Part shown: piece after piece, positions 20,783-31,382 of the stretch
Layout: each line of letters opens with the position of its first letter
How positions within the stretch are numbered: position 1 is the first letter of the stretch
NCBI GenBank assembly: GCA_963921275.4
Contig: OZ001293.3
Coordinates: forward strand, 5,280,001-5,344,000
DNA from: an uncultured Hormoscilla sp.
Lineage (GTDB): Bacteria > Cyanobacteriota > Cyanobacteriia > Cyanobacteriales > Desertifilaceae
DNA length: 64,000 nt
Reading direction: 5' to 3'
Notes under the pieces: generated by a model
The model's database searches: none
Seen by the model: only the letters and a program-made list of their open reading frames with translations
Told to the model about the DNA's origin: nothing
Translations under genes and position numbers: made by a program

Positions 20783-22272
20783 ATGAATTCACAAAAATCA
20801 ACAGATATTACCCCAAAAGAACTGAAGCGCTACGACAACCGACCGGGTTTTGACTTGGTTAGCAGTAGAAAAGTCGGGTTACCAGTGTATAAAGTCACCC
20901 TGCAAGCGATCTGCCAGATCCGCAAACAAATTCCCCGATCGAAGAATATGTCTTGAAAGCAATGGATGCCGGATTTAATTCAGAAGACATTGGCGATTTT
21001 CTCGGTCTCGAACAGGAAATTATCAAAGATGCAATGATTAATCTGAGGAGGAGTGAAGATATTGACCTCATCGCCCCTGAAGGATCTTCGATGCAAGTGT
21101 GGTAATTGACCCAAAAAGGTAAAATAACCCTAAAAGAGGCTCAAACTATTGTCCCGGAGGAGCGCACCTTCGATATCGACTTTGATGGACTGCTGCGTAA
21201 AGCCCGCTGGTACGGACAATGGTTACTCAAACCGGGAGACTTGCGCCAGGACGGAATTATAGAAATTGACCCCTCTCCCAATAAACCCCCAGAATTGCCT
21301 GACATCAAACTCAAGGATGTGGACGCAATTATCAGCGAATTAGAACAGAAGAGAAGGAGGAAGCAAGAGCAGCAAGAGCAGCAAGATTTGCTAGCTTTGA
21401 AAGCCATTGAGCGCAAGTCTAGATTTTTTCAACCCGCCTTGGCATTAATCTATAAAGCTAAAGAAAGTGACGAGGTGCAAGTGGCGTTCGCGATCGATGG
21501 CCTCCGTTCTGACAAACATGAAGAAGTCTTTGCCCATAGCCGTCAGAAACTCAGAATTTCAGAGTCTCTTAAGGAAAGCGAACCTGGTACGCTAGCTGAA
21601 GAAGTTTTTGGCTCTGAATTGATTACCCAAGATCTGCTAGAAGAAGCAGAGGAACTGCAACAGAAGTTGGATTCTGCTCAAGTTGAACTAGATACGAGTC
21701 AAGAGGAACTTGAAAAAGCTGAGAACGATCGGGAAAACGCTGACTTCCAGCAAAAAATTAGCGATCTCCAGCAGAAACTTGAGTCTCTGAAAAAACAGGT
21801 TGAGCAGCGTCCAGTTCGGTTTTTGAAAGTTTACGACCACCCGCCTATGCTGCAAAAGGCTATTTCTCATAGCCAAGAACGTCTGATGATTATCTCTCCT
21901 TGGATTCGAGCTAATGTAGTTGATAAAAAGTTTCTGCAAGCATTTGAAAAAATGCTCAAGCGTCGGGTGGAAGTTTTCATTGGCTACGGTTTGGGAAATG
22001 AAGATAAAAACATGTCAGAAGATGACAGGAAAGCCGAGAAGGAGCTGAAAAAATTAGCTAGTAAGTACAAGAATTTTTGGCTGGAACGCCTGGGAAATAC
22101 TCACGCAAAAACCCTCATATGCGATACCAAATTTGCAGTCACTACGAGTTTTAACTGGCTTTCCTTCAAGGGAGACCCCGATCGCACGTTTCGGGACGAA
22201 CGGGGAACCCTTGTATCTATCCCCAAAAATATAAATGAGCTGTTCGCCAGCTACAGGAAGGAATTTGACTAG
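20783..22272 (+). pseudogene. PLD-like nuclease domain protein (MkoB-like), with a frameshift at about 20935 and TAA at 21103-21105
   Basis: Reading MNSQK...GLPVY...IP/PIEEYVLKA...FLGL...W*LTQKG continues into the 21106 ORF. The C-terminus has IISPWI, IGYG and THAKTLICD...TTSFNWLSF (HxK-type PLD). Confidence 0.8.
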
Positions 22273-22532
22273 GGAAGGCGCCTCGGGACTGCGATCGAGA
22301 ACTACATAGCCCGCGCAGGCGGGCTTTGTTCATGTAGCCCCACCCTTGAGGGTGGGGGTAAAACAATTCACCTGCGCTATGATATAATTGATGATACGAT
22401 GTTATAATAGAAATACGCTATCTAGCCATAGCCAAGTTATGTCAGATATAGGAAGCTGCCTAACTGATTTTGATGAAGTCATCAAGGACAAACGATTACA
22501 TGGAGAGTAAACTAGACAATAGTATGTGTAAA

Positions 22533-22769
22533 ATGAATACACACAAGCTAACATTAGAGATGTCAGAAAAGCTTTTTCAGGAATTAACCTTGTTGGCAGA
22601 TATGACGGAAGAATCTGTAGAATATTTAGCAGTCCGCCTTATTGCTACTAGAGTGCCATCATTACTGGAAAAAGAACGTAAATTCAATGAATTGCTAGAA
22701 GAAATTAAACCTGATACCATACATGGTGAAATAGGATTGTCAGAAACAAGAGAATATGAACTCCGATAA
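22533..22769 (+). CDS. Probable antitoxin (MazE-like C-terminus)
   Basis: Small ORF overlapping the mazF start, ending ELLEEIKPDTIHGEI. Start uncertain. Confidence 0.7.
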   Translation: MNTHKLTLEMSEKLFQELTLLADMTEESVEYLAVRLIATRVPSLLEKERKFNELLEEIKPDTIHGEIGLSETREYELR

Positions 22770-23106
22770 TTCTCAGTTGTACGTTCCGCGTCAGGGAGAT
22801 ATCATTTGGCTCAACTTTACCCCTCAAGCTGGACGGGAACAAGCAGGTCGCCGTCCAGCACTGGTGCTTTCAAAAACGCGATACAATCGTCGAGTTGGAC
22901 TCGCTTTGGTCTGTCCCATCACTAACCAGGTAAAAGGTTACCGTTTTGAAGTATTGATTCCAGAAGGATTGGTTATATCAGGAGTAGTTTTAGCAGATCA
23001 AATTATATCATTGGATTGGCAAGCAAGACAAGCAGAGTTTGCTTGTCAAGTAACCCCGGAAGTGATGACTGAAGTGGTTACTAAGTTAACTAACATATTA
23101 GCATGA
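22756..23106 (+). CDS. mazF: MazF/PemK endoribonuclease toxin
   Basis: YVPRQGDIIWLNFTPQAGREQAGRRPALVLS...CPIT..KGY.FEV...VLADQ..SLDW.AR. Confidence 0.93.
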   Translation: MNSDNSQLYVPRQGDIIWLNFTPQAGREQAGRRPALVLSKTRYNRRVGLALVCPITNQVKGYRFEVLIPEGLVISGVVLADQIISLDWQARQAEFACQVTPEVMTEVVTKLTNILA

Positions 23107-23399
23107 ACATATCTTAGTCCAGAAGAACAGGTTACGACGAAAACCGACAGGGTTTTGATTTCGTTAGCAGTTACGCGCACTGCGTAAAAGCGCCCTTCGT
23201 AACCCACCGGGTCAGGTCAGCGTAACCCCAGCCCGGTCCAGCGGGTCGTTCGTCTATTATCGCTATCCGTCCGGAACATAAGCGCGATCGCGAGTTCTTG
23301 GAATCATGATATCCTCCGAACACGAATGTGTCGTGTAGGAATATGATATTATCTGCTTTGAAGTCTCAAACTTCCGCTCGTCTAGACCAGTCCATATCT

Positions 23400-24812
23400 A
23401 TGACTCCGCCAGTATCCCCTCAGAATGTGAATCTCCAAACTTGGGCTCCCTTGACTTTGCCCGCAACCCCCCTATTTGGCACCGATGGCATTCGCGGTCA
23501 AGCGGGAGAGTTGCTAACTGCGCCCTTAGCTTTGCAGGTGGGTTTCTGGGCCGGTCATGTGCTCAGAAATCATGCCCGCAGTGGGGGTACAATTATTATC
23601 GGTCAAGATTCGCGAAACTCCAGCGATATGCTGGCTATGTCTCTGTCCGCAGGTTTAACCGCTGCTGGGTTAGAAGTATGGAATGTCGGACTATGTCCGA
23701 CTCCCGGCGTGGCCTATCTCACCGCAGCTACTGGGGCCCTGTCCGGTGTGATGATTTCCGCTAGCCACAACCCCCCAGAAGATAACGGCATTAAGTTTTT
23801 TGATGCCGATGGATCTAAGCTATCCCAGACTTTACAGGATGCTATTGATGCTGCCCTGCGCGGACACCCAGATATTGCCACTTCCCACAGCCCTTGGGGA
23901 CGGCATTATCATCGACCTGAGTTGATCGATCGCTATATTGAGTCTTTAACTACATCCAGTCAGGGCCAGTCGCAGGGGATGCGCATTGTCTTAGATTTAG
24001 CTTGGGGTGCGGCAGTGCCAGTGGCCCCGGCCATCTTCCGGGCGATCGGGGCTGAAGTGATCTGCATTCACGACCGGGCGGACGGCGATCGCATCAATGT
24101 CAACTGCGGTTCCACCCACCTGGGGGCTCTGCAAGCTGCGGTGCTAGAGTACAATGCCGATCTGGGAATTGCCTTTGATGGGGATGCCGATCGGGCGATC
24201 GCGGTAGACAAGAAGGGCCGACCAGTCAACGGGGATTATATCCTCTACCTGTGGGGTCAAACCCTGCGCCAAGCCCAACAGTTGCCCGCCAACACCATTG
24301 TTTCTACAGTCATGGCCAACCTGGGGTTCCAGCGGGCCTGGGAACGGCAAGGGGGCCAATTAATCCGCACCCCTGTGGGCGATCGGCACGTCCAGGCGGA
24401 GATGGTGAAAACCGGTGCCATGCTGGGGGGCGAACAATCAGGACATATCCTCTGTCGCCATTACAGCGTCACGGGAGACGGACCCTTAACAGCTTTGCAC
24501 CTAGCCACATTGGTAGCAGCATCAGGAGTAACCCTGTCAGAATTGGTAGATCGGAGTTTCCAGACCTATCCCCAACTGCTGCGCAACGTGCGGGTAGAAG
24601 ACCGCCAGACTAGACTAAACTGGCAGCAGTGCCAGCCATTACAGCGGGCGATCGACCGTGCCAGCCAGGCCCTGGGGGACTCTGGGCGAGTCCTCGTGCG
24701 CGCTTCTGGCACAGAACCCGTCATCCGGGTTATGGTAGAAGCAGATAGGTCAGACCTTACCAGTTTGTGGGCCGAAAATCTCGTGCTAGCGGTGCAGCAA
24801 CATCTAGCATAG
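23400..24812 (+). CDS. glmM: Phosphoglucosamine mutase
   Basis: [30 protein letters not shown] and RASGTEP.IRVMVE motifs. Start approximate. Confidence 0.95.
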   Translation: MTPPVSPQNVNLQTWAPLTLPATPLFGTDGIRGQAGELLTAPLALQVGFWAGHVLRNHARSGGTIIIGQDSRNSSDMLAMSLSAGLTAAGLEVWNVGLCPTPGVAYLTAATGALSGVMISASHNPPEDNGIKFFDADGSKLSQTLQDAIDAALRGHPDIATSHSPWGRHYHRPELIDRYIESLTTSSQGQSQGMRIVLDLAWGAAVPVAPAIFRAIGAEVICIHDRADGDRINVNCGSTHLGALQAAVLEYNADLGIAFDGDADRAIAVDKKGRPVNGDYILYLWGQTLRQAQQLPANTIVSTVMANLGFQRAWERQGGQLIRTPVGDRHVQAEMVKTGAMLGGEQSGHILCRHYSVTGDGPLTALHLATLVAASGVTLSELVDRSFQTYPQLLRNVRVEDRQTRLNWQQCQPLQRAIDRASQALGDSGRVLVRASGTEPVIRVMVEADRSDLTSLWAENLVLAVQQHLA

Positions 24813-25128
24813 TGCATCTCTACGCTGTTGCTGTATAGTGGGATAAGTAGGGGGCGATCGATCGCTTATAGCTAAGGAAAGAAATGCTTTCAGCTAGCTA
24901 GAAGCCATGCCGAAAACCAAGCTCAAGTCTAAGGTAAAATCACAGCAGCAGGCCAACCCCCAAACCCCAACTCTGTATCCCTTGCGGGAGCGCAGCGCAT
25001 ATCCCTTGCGGGAGCGTAGCCATGTAAGAAAGAGTTGGCGGCCCAAAAGCGGAAAGCAGCTAATATACGCAGAGAACTGATAGGCGCGATCGCGTAGCGT
25101 GCGCGCAGCGCATTCGGCCAATCTCCGC

Positions 25129-25549
25129 TCATGGCGATATAGGAGAACGCACAACGCGAATCAGCTTGCCTTGCAAATCTGATTCTGCTGTAATCACAAT
25201 ATGGATTCGGTTAGCCAGCGCCTCCCAATCGCGATTATTCGTACAGGCGATGATGCCAGCATGATCGGGCTGTACGCGGTGCAACCGAAAGAAATCTTTA
25301 CGGTTCTGGGTAATAACAGCACGTTTGGAGCTAGTTGCAAAAGCTAACACATCCGTATCCCTTGCGGGAGCGCGCAGCGCATATCCCTTGCGGGAGCGCA
25401 GCGCATATCCCTTGCGGGAGCGCAGCCATGTCGGAAATTCTCTGATTTGCTTTGCCTGCTTCTTGAACAGTTAAAACATCGTGTCCCAAAGCTCGCAGCA
25501 ATTCGACAACGGGATAGGGATATTGCTCATCGGCATATAGACGTGCCAT
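25129..25549 (-). pseudogene. DUF5615 PIN-like toxin disrupted by three tandem mini-repeats (about 25355-25430)
   Basis: MARLYADEQYP...LGHDVLTV..AG.AN..I.D [insert] DVLAFA...RAVITQNRKDF.RLH...HAGII. Confidence 0.85.
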
Positions 25550-25552
25550 GGG

Positions 25553-25917
25553 CTACAACTCCTCGTACATCACTTCATCGTTTTCGGCGATCTCTGTTTC
25601 AATTTCATCGGGGAAAGCTATGGCTACGCTCCCGCAAGGGATACGGCATAGGCCCAAGCCTTAGCAATATCAGTAGCTTCTATAGATGGATAGCTCGTGA
25701 GTAAGTCGGCTTCGCTATAGCCAAGCCGACGAGCTTCTACAAGCCCCCAAACGGTCATGCGAGTTCCAGCAATACAGGCACTACCGCCACAAACACCAGG
25801 GGTTTTTTCAATACCCCGCCCCAGGGTGATTTTGCCTTTAGATAGCAGTTGAACGACTTGAGCTTTTTCTTCGTCAGAGAGTGCCAGCAGTTGAGGCTCT
25901 AATTCTTTCAGCGTCAT
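25553..25917 (-). pseudogene. DUF433 antitoxin disrupted by a mini-repeat (about 25620-25645)
   Basis: IEKTPGVCGGSACIAGTR...YP...AWAYA [insert] FPDEIETEIAENDE. Confidence 0.85.
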
Positions 25918-26399
25918 GGCCAACAATGGAATTACGGCTACTTACTATTATGTCTATTGTCCAAACAAGGGATGCCTATATAGCGGTTTTCACCCACGCG
26001 CGTGGTCTATCTCTGACGAAGGCACTCTTGGCACAGAAGCGCTCAGGGCCAATTCTTCTGTACCTCATCAGCGCCGAATACGCTATAATCGAATATGAAG
26101 TTATACGACCTGGATGCAATATTTGAAGATTTGCGCAAAAAGCAGAACGCTCCCATGCGAAAAATTTGTGAGTCTTCCAATCAAGCGGAGACCTCGCAGC
26201 AAGTCTTGGGAACATACCGGTCCACAATAGTCGATCGGGTGCCGCAGGCGATCGCCCCACCCACACAGCAGGCGAATGCGCTGCGCGCACGCGTAGCGTG
26301 CGCGCCTCATCTTGCTGCCGGTGCGATCGTTCCACCTCAACCAAGGGCGATCGCTTCTTTTCAAGTTTGACCGCACTTTGCAAACTCAAGAATTAACTC

Positions 26400-26802
26400 T
26401 CACGAATTACTTGCCCAAAGAATAGAAACATCGCTGTATTGCTTAAAGATTGAATCAGCAGTCACAAGGATCATGTCCTCCATTTGATCTTGGGCAATCA
26501 GCATTCGATCGCTCTTGATTTCGATGATGTAATGGTAATGCAGCTGCTCGTAACGCATGAGCTGTTGTAATTTCCAGAGATCGCATACCTAATTCCGCCA
26601 TGGGACTATAAATGTAGGTATCTATCGGTTCTGGCAGAGGCAACTTTCCAATCGCCACTTTTATACCTATTTCCCAGACACTAGCAACAGAGAACCACAA
26701 TTCATTCGTTTCATCAGCAATTTGCGCGATTGCATTTTCACATCTTAGCTCTGGTTGGACAAACCACCACAACCAGCACTGGGTATCCAGCAATAGTTTC
26801 AC
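26400..26802 (-). pseudogene. VapC/PIN toxin, frameshifted near HHRDPFDR
   Basis: MKLLLDTQCWLWW...SVASVWEIGIK..IGKL...LPLHHR, then RMLIAQ in another frame. Confidence 0.85.
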
Positions 26803-27046
26803 TGTTCATCCCCCGAGAATGCTGCTAAAATATCTGTTGGCAAAGGAGCGTTAAAGTCCTCTGGCAGGAGAAATTGCCCTCGATTTCTTTCCCTAAACTA
26901 GCTCGTCGATTAGATGAAGTCCGAAATGGAACCAACTTGGCAATGGGAATGCCTTGGTTTGAAATAATGATTTCTTCTCCAAGTTCTACACGGGACAATA
27001 TCCGTGAGAGATTCCTTTCGCAGTCAGGGATGTTTACAGTTTCCAC
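26799..27046 (-). pseudogene. Phd/YefM antitoxin, frameshifted, with a mini-repeat at the start codon
   Basis: LSRILSRVELGEEIIISNQGIPIAKLVP. The tail PEDFNAPLP is in another frame. Confidence 0.8.
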
Positions 27047-27260
27047 GTCCGCGTAGCGTGCGCGCAGCGCATTCTTAAAAAAATTCCCTTAATATTCTTC
27101 TTGCGCTCGAATAAAAACCTGATTTTTTTATCTGAAAAATGCGATCGCGCCTTCTTTCCGTCCAGTTAAGAAGATAGAAAGCGATCGCGTAGCGTGCGCG
27201 CAGCGCATTCTCTTCCTACAAAGCTAAGTATGATATTTCTGTTGTGACTTAACTATCTAT

Positions 27261-27650
27261 TTATTCCCGCCCTGATAATTGCCTTCTCATAAGCGGCATC
27301 CTGTTCGTCAAAACTCAGAATTGCTACCCTTTTCGGAGCTGGTTTCTCATAAATTCGGTAAACTAGCTTGTAAGCGTTAGGGTTGCTTTCCTATTCAATA
27401 TCCAAGACCCTATACCCCTTTAACCTTCTCTGCAAAATATGGTTGTGAAAACCTTCACGAACCTAAGGGGTCAGTCTTTAAAATAGGCTGAAAAACCTCT
27501 GTGAAGTCTGACTGTAGTTCTGGGGGGAGGTTTAGCAAGTCTTCAGCGTTTACTCCTCGGTGAATCTGTATCCCTTGCGGGAGCGCGCAGCGCATATCCC
27601 TTGCGGGAGCGTAGCCATGCGCAGATATCTCGATCGCGTAGCGTGCGCGC
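27261..27650 (-). pseudogene. RelE/ParE-like toxin remnant
   Basis: EDLLNLPPELQ...KGYRVLDIE*..NAYKLVYRIYEKPAPKRVAILSF with internal stops and mini-repeat insertions. Confidence 0.55.
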
Positions 27651-27654
27651 AGCG

Positions 27655-28028
27655 CATTCTTGTAGCCACGTTGTCTAATCCTTTCCCTGACAGCTTCCAG
27701 ATTTATTGGTACTTCCCCGACCGTTTCCCATTCCACATAATCCGGCCATTCCTCGTCTTCTGGTAAATCAGAATCATCGTAATCAGTCAGATGGTAATCT
27801 TGTTGTGTGACTTTCAATCCCAGATCTGTAGCTTGAATGATACGCTGTAGCAGATCCCGATGCGATCGCATATCGGTAGGGGCTACTTCCAGTTCCATGT
27901 TTAGCTTACCCAACAGGGTTTCTAGGTAACCTGCAACAGCAGCTAAGGGATGCCGGACAACTTTCTGTTCGCGTAGCGTGCAGCACGCAGCGCGAATGCG
28001 CTGCGTGGCGTAGCCATGCGGTTTCCAT
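27655..28028 (-). pseudogene. Acidic putative antitoxin partner, interrupted by mini-repeats at both ends
   Basis: Acidic ORF segment directly upstream of the RelE-like remnant. Confidence 0.45.
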
Positions 28029-28099
28029 AGCCAGTTCCTTTACTTTACCCTATCAGTCTATCATATTTTTGACTTGTACTAAATATTAAGACAATTACT

Positions 28100-28360
28100 A
28101 TGTCTGAACCCGAGATCGCAGTCACCATCAAACTCTTCGCCGCCTATCAAGAAGCCTATGGCCTCTCGGAACTACAGCGGAAATTTCCCCCACATACTCC
28201 TGTCGCCGCAGTCCTAGAACGCGCGATCGCGGAACATCCCGAACTCCAGCAATGGCGCGAACTCACCCGCTTTGGTATCAATCTCCAATTCGTCGAACCC
28301 GATACCCGACTGCAAGATGGCGATGAAGTTGTCCTCATACCACCGGTCAGCGGCGGCTAG
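28100..28360 (+). CDS. MoaD/ThiS-family sulfur carrier
   Basis: KLFAAYQE...LQDGDEVVLIPPVSGG with a C-terminal GG. Confidence 0.9.
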   Translation: MSEPEIAVTIKLFAAYQEAYGLSELQRKFPPHTPVAAVLERAIAEHPELQQWRELTRFGINLQFVEPDTRLQDGDEVVLIPPVSGG

Positions 28361-28717
28361 GACATCGAGTATTCTCAGAAACCCGGTTTCTTGACTGGCC
28401 CTCTACTCTCAGTCATCGGTAGAGAGGGGCGGCCAAAAAAACCGTATCCCTTGCGGGAGCGCAGCCATAAAAAATTTTTTTCCACAAATTATTGGGTTGA
28501 GAGGGGATTTTGGCAGGGCCATCAGTCGATTCTGGAGGATATTTTTCCAGTTCTATCGCCCTAAAACTCACTCCTGGTAAGGCTTTCAGCAATACTATTG
28601 GGAATATTATTTTTTTGGAAAATTAATCCAGATTAAAAAAGTCTGGTATGGTTGCAAGGTATTTTTTCCCCGTGCTACGATTTCAACATCAATCGCAATC
28701 AAGGAAATTAACCAGTC

Positions 28718-30028
28718 ATGACAGTAGCAACCAGCACCCCAATATTCTGCACAACCACTGGCTTTAGCACCACCCTGAAATGTAAAGAATGTGGTGAAGA
28801 GTACCTGCTGGAAGCAAAGCACATCTGCGAAGATGTCTGCTTTGGCCCCTTGGAAGTCAAGTATGATTATGACAAACTGCGCCTCTCCGTCAGCCGCGCT
28901 ACCATAGAAGCCGGTCCTAACTCGATTTGGCGCTATCGTCCCTTCTTACCTGTTGCTACTGATAATCCTATAGATGTAGGCACCGGCATGACGCCCCTAG
29001 TGAAATCTCACCGGTTGGCGCGGCGTCTGGGACTAAAGAATCTATATATAAAGAATGATGCAGTCAATATGCCCACTCTCAGCTTTAAGGATAGAGTGGT
29101 GTCAGTGGCATTAACTCGGGCCCGAGAGTTGGGTTTCTCCACAGTGTCTTGCGCGAGTACCGGAAATTTGGCCAATTCAACCGCTGCGATCGCGGCCCAT
29201 GCCGGTCTGGACTGCTGCGTGTTCATCCCCGCAGACTTGGAAGCGGGTAAGGTCCTGGGCACCTTGATTTACAATCCCACGGTGATGGCAGTTAAGGGCA
29301 ACTACGATCAAGTGAACCGCCTCTGCTGCGAAGTGGCCAATACCTATGGTTGGGGGTTTGTCAATATTAATCTCCGCCCTTACTACTCGGAAGGTTCCAA
29401 AACTCTGGGCTTTGAAGTGGCAGAACAGCTAGGATGGCAGTTACCCGACCATATTGTCGCCCCTCTGGCCTCCGGTTCCCTGTACAGTAAAATCTATAAA
29501 GGCTTCCAAGAATTTATTAAGGTGGGATTGGTTGACGACAAAGCCGTCCGCTTCAGCGGGGCCCAAGCAGAAGGCTGTTCCCCGATCGCTCAAGCATTCC
29601 GGGAAGGACGGAACTTCGTTTCCCCTGTTAAACCCAATACCATTGCTAAGTCGATCGCCATTGGCAACCCCGCCGATGGCATCTACGCCTTAGAAATTGC
29701 CCGCAAGACAGGTGGTAACATTGAATCAGTCACAGATCCAGAAATCATCGAAGGCATGAAGTTGCTAGCGGAAACGGAAGGCATCTTCACCGAAACTGCT
29801 GGTGGCACGACCATTGCCGTATTGAAGAAACTGGTAGAAGCTGGTAAAATTGACCCCGATGAAACGACAGTTGCCTACATCACCGGGAATGGCTTGAAAA
29901 CCCAGGAAGCTGTCCAAGGTTACATCGGCGAACCCCTGACTATTGAAGCGAAACTAGACGCTTTTGAACGGGCAATGGAACGGGCCCGCACCTTGGGTCG
30001 CCTAGAATGGCAACAAGTATTGGTATAG
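28718..30028 (+). CDS. thrC: Threonine synthase-family PLP enzyme
   Basis: PTLSFKDR, CASTGN, NLRPYY.EGSKT and ITGNGLK motifs. The exact substrate of this subfamily cannot be determined from sequence. Confidence 0.85.
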   Translation: MTVATSTPIFCTTTGFSTTLKCKECGEEYLLEAKHICEDVCFGPLEVKYDYDKLRLSVSRATIEAGPNSIWRYRPFLPVATDNPIDVGTGMTPLVKSHRLARRLGLKNLYIKNDAVNMPTLSFKDRVVSVALTRARELGFSTVSCASTGNLANSTAAIAAHAGLDCCVFIPADLEAGKVLGTLIYNPTVMAVKGNYDQVNRLCCEVANTYGWGFVNINLRPYYSEGSKTLGFEVAEQLGWQLPDHIVAPLASGSLYSKIYKGFQEFIKVGLVDDKAVRFSGAQAEGCSPIAQAFREGRNFVSPVKPNTIAKSIAIGNPADGIYALEIARKTGGNIESVTDPEIIEGMKLLAETEGIFTETAGGTTIAVLKKLVEAGKIDPDETTVAYITGNGLKTQEAVQGYIGEPLTIEAKLDAFERAMERARTLGRLEWQQVLV

Positions 30029-30121
30029 TGTCAGATACCCACGAATGGCAAGTAGGGTGGGCATCGCCCACCATTGCGAGATTAGCATCGCCCACCATTA
30101 CCAAGTTACGGTTATGGGATC

Positions 30122-30220
30122 AGGTGCATCTCAATTTTGAATTGAGAAACCCGGTTTTTCCAAAAAACCGGGTTTCTGGGCTACAGGTGAATATACCCGC
30201 CGCAAAAGTGAGATGCACCC
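30122..30220. mobile_element. MITE with GGTGCATCTCA terminal inverted repeats enclosing AGAAACCCGGTTT palindromes
   Basis: GGTGCATCTCA...TGAGATGCACC ends, the same as those at 51431-51599. Confidence 0.65.
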
Positions 30221-30278
30221 CATGCGATCGATGGTGGGCATTACAGTAAGATGAGAAGAACAAAGGCATCACGGAAAA

Positions 30279-30554
30279 ATGGCAGTAAAAGTTTTGGTTC
30301 CCACCCCCTTACAGAAGTTCACGAACAATCAAGCCAAGCTAGAATGTACGGGCAGCGATATTACTGAGTTACTCGACTCTCTAGATCAAAGTTGTCCTGG
30401 GATCAAAAACCGCTTGTATGACGAACAGGGACAACTACGTCGGGGTTTGAACTTATACGTCAATAGCGAAGATATCAGGTTTTTAGAAGGAACAAATACA
30501 GCTTTGAATGATGGGGATGAAGTTAGTATTATCAATGCTTTTGCAGGAGGTTGA
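30279..30554 (+). CDS. MoaD/CysO-like ubiquitin-fold protein, copy 1
   Basis: [13 protein letters not shown]...[10 protein letters not shown]...[14 protein letters not shown]. Confidence 0.9.
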   Translation: MAVKVLVPTPLQKFTNNQAKLECTGSDITELLDSLDQSCPGIKNRLYDEQGQLRRGLNLYVNSEDIRFLEGTNTALNDGDEVSIINAFAGG

Positions 30555-30703
30555 GTTGAGAGTTCCCAGCAGATATGCCTGGGAAATATAAAAAAAGACG
30601 CGATCGCTGCCGGGACCTCTTGAAGATAATCAAGTCCTCACCAGCGGGCTAAGATTAGACAAAGATAGGGTGATGCGATCGATGGTGGGCAGTACAGCAG
30701 TAA

Positions 30704-30947
30704 TACCATTTTGTCAAAATTGGCTACAAATTTTAAGCATTATCCTATCAGTCGGTATAAGACCGACTTAAGCTATTAGCAGGGGGTTTGAACCCTCCGT
30801 GTCTCGTGGGTAGTGCGAGTACGATGTCCCCGGGGTAGTGCGACTAGCGCTGGGGACATCAAGAGACCACGAGACACGGGAAGGCGGGCTGACAGCGAAG
30901 TGAAGGAATTACGGCTTGAGAGTGTAGCAACTTTGTTACAAATGGTA
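30704..30947. mobile_element. 244-bp MITE with a 3-bp TAA target duplication
   Basis: Imperfect inverted ends TACCATTTTGTCAAAATTGGCTACA / TGTAGCAACTTTGTTACAAATGGTA. The paralogous leader at 30222-30278 shows the empty site. Confidence 0.75.
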
Positions 30948-30979
30948 TAAGATTAGAAGGACAAAGGAATCAGCGAAAA

Positions 30980-31255
30980 ATGACAGTAACAGTTTTAGTT
31001 CCCACTCCCTTACAGAAGTTCACGGACAATAAAGACAAGGTAGAATGTACGGGCAGCAATATTACTGAGTTGTTCGACTCTCTAGAAGAAAGTTGTCCTG
31101 GGATCAAAAAACGCTTGTGTGATGAAGAGGGACAACCGCGCCGCTTTTTGAACTTATACGTCAATAGCGAAGATATCCGGTTTTTAGAAGGAACCAAGAC
31201 GCCTTTGAAGGATAAGGATGAAGTTAGTATTGTCCCAGCGGTGGCAGGTGGTTGA
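30980..31255 (+). CDS. MoaD/CysO-like ubiquitin-fold protein, copy 2
   Basis: Tandem paralog ending [10 protein letters not shown]. Confidence 0.9.
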   Translation: MTVTVLVPTPLQKFTDNKDKVECTGSNITELFDSLEESCPGIKKRLCDEEGQPRRFLNLYVNSEDIRFLEGTKTPLKDKDEVSIVPAVAGG

Positions 31256-31382
31256 TATCAAGATCGGATTGAATAACCATAATTAACGGGCGGATACTCT
31301 GTAACCCAGAAACCAGGTTTCGTAGGAGAAACCTGGTTTCTTCATCTCAAAGTGAGATGTCACCCAGAAACATCGCGCTCAA

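Larger units (their letters stand above)
24975..28468. repeat. Dense cluster of small dispersed hairpin repeats (TATCCCTTGCGGGAGCG.. and CGCGTAGCGTGCGCGCAGCGCA families)
   Basis: By eye, nine TATCCCTTGCGGGAGC copies (some tandem x2 or x3) and at least four GTAGCGTGCGCGCAGCGCA copies in 3.5 kb. Confidence 0.9.

Noticed and set aside
27455..27913. 152-aa ORF as a real protein
   Set aside because: It is a chimera of two decayed genes joined through mini-repeats (ALRARYA and ALPQGI peptides).
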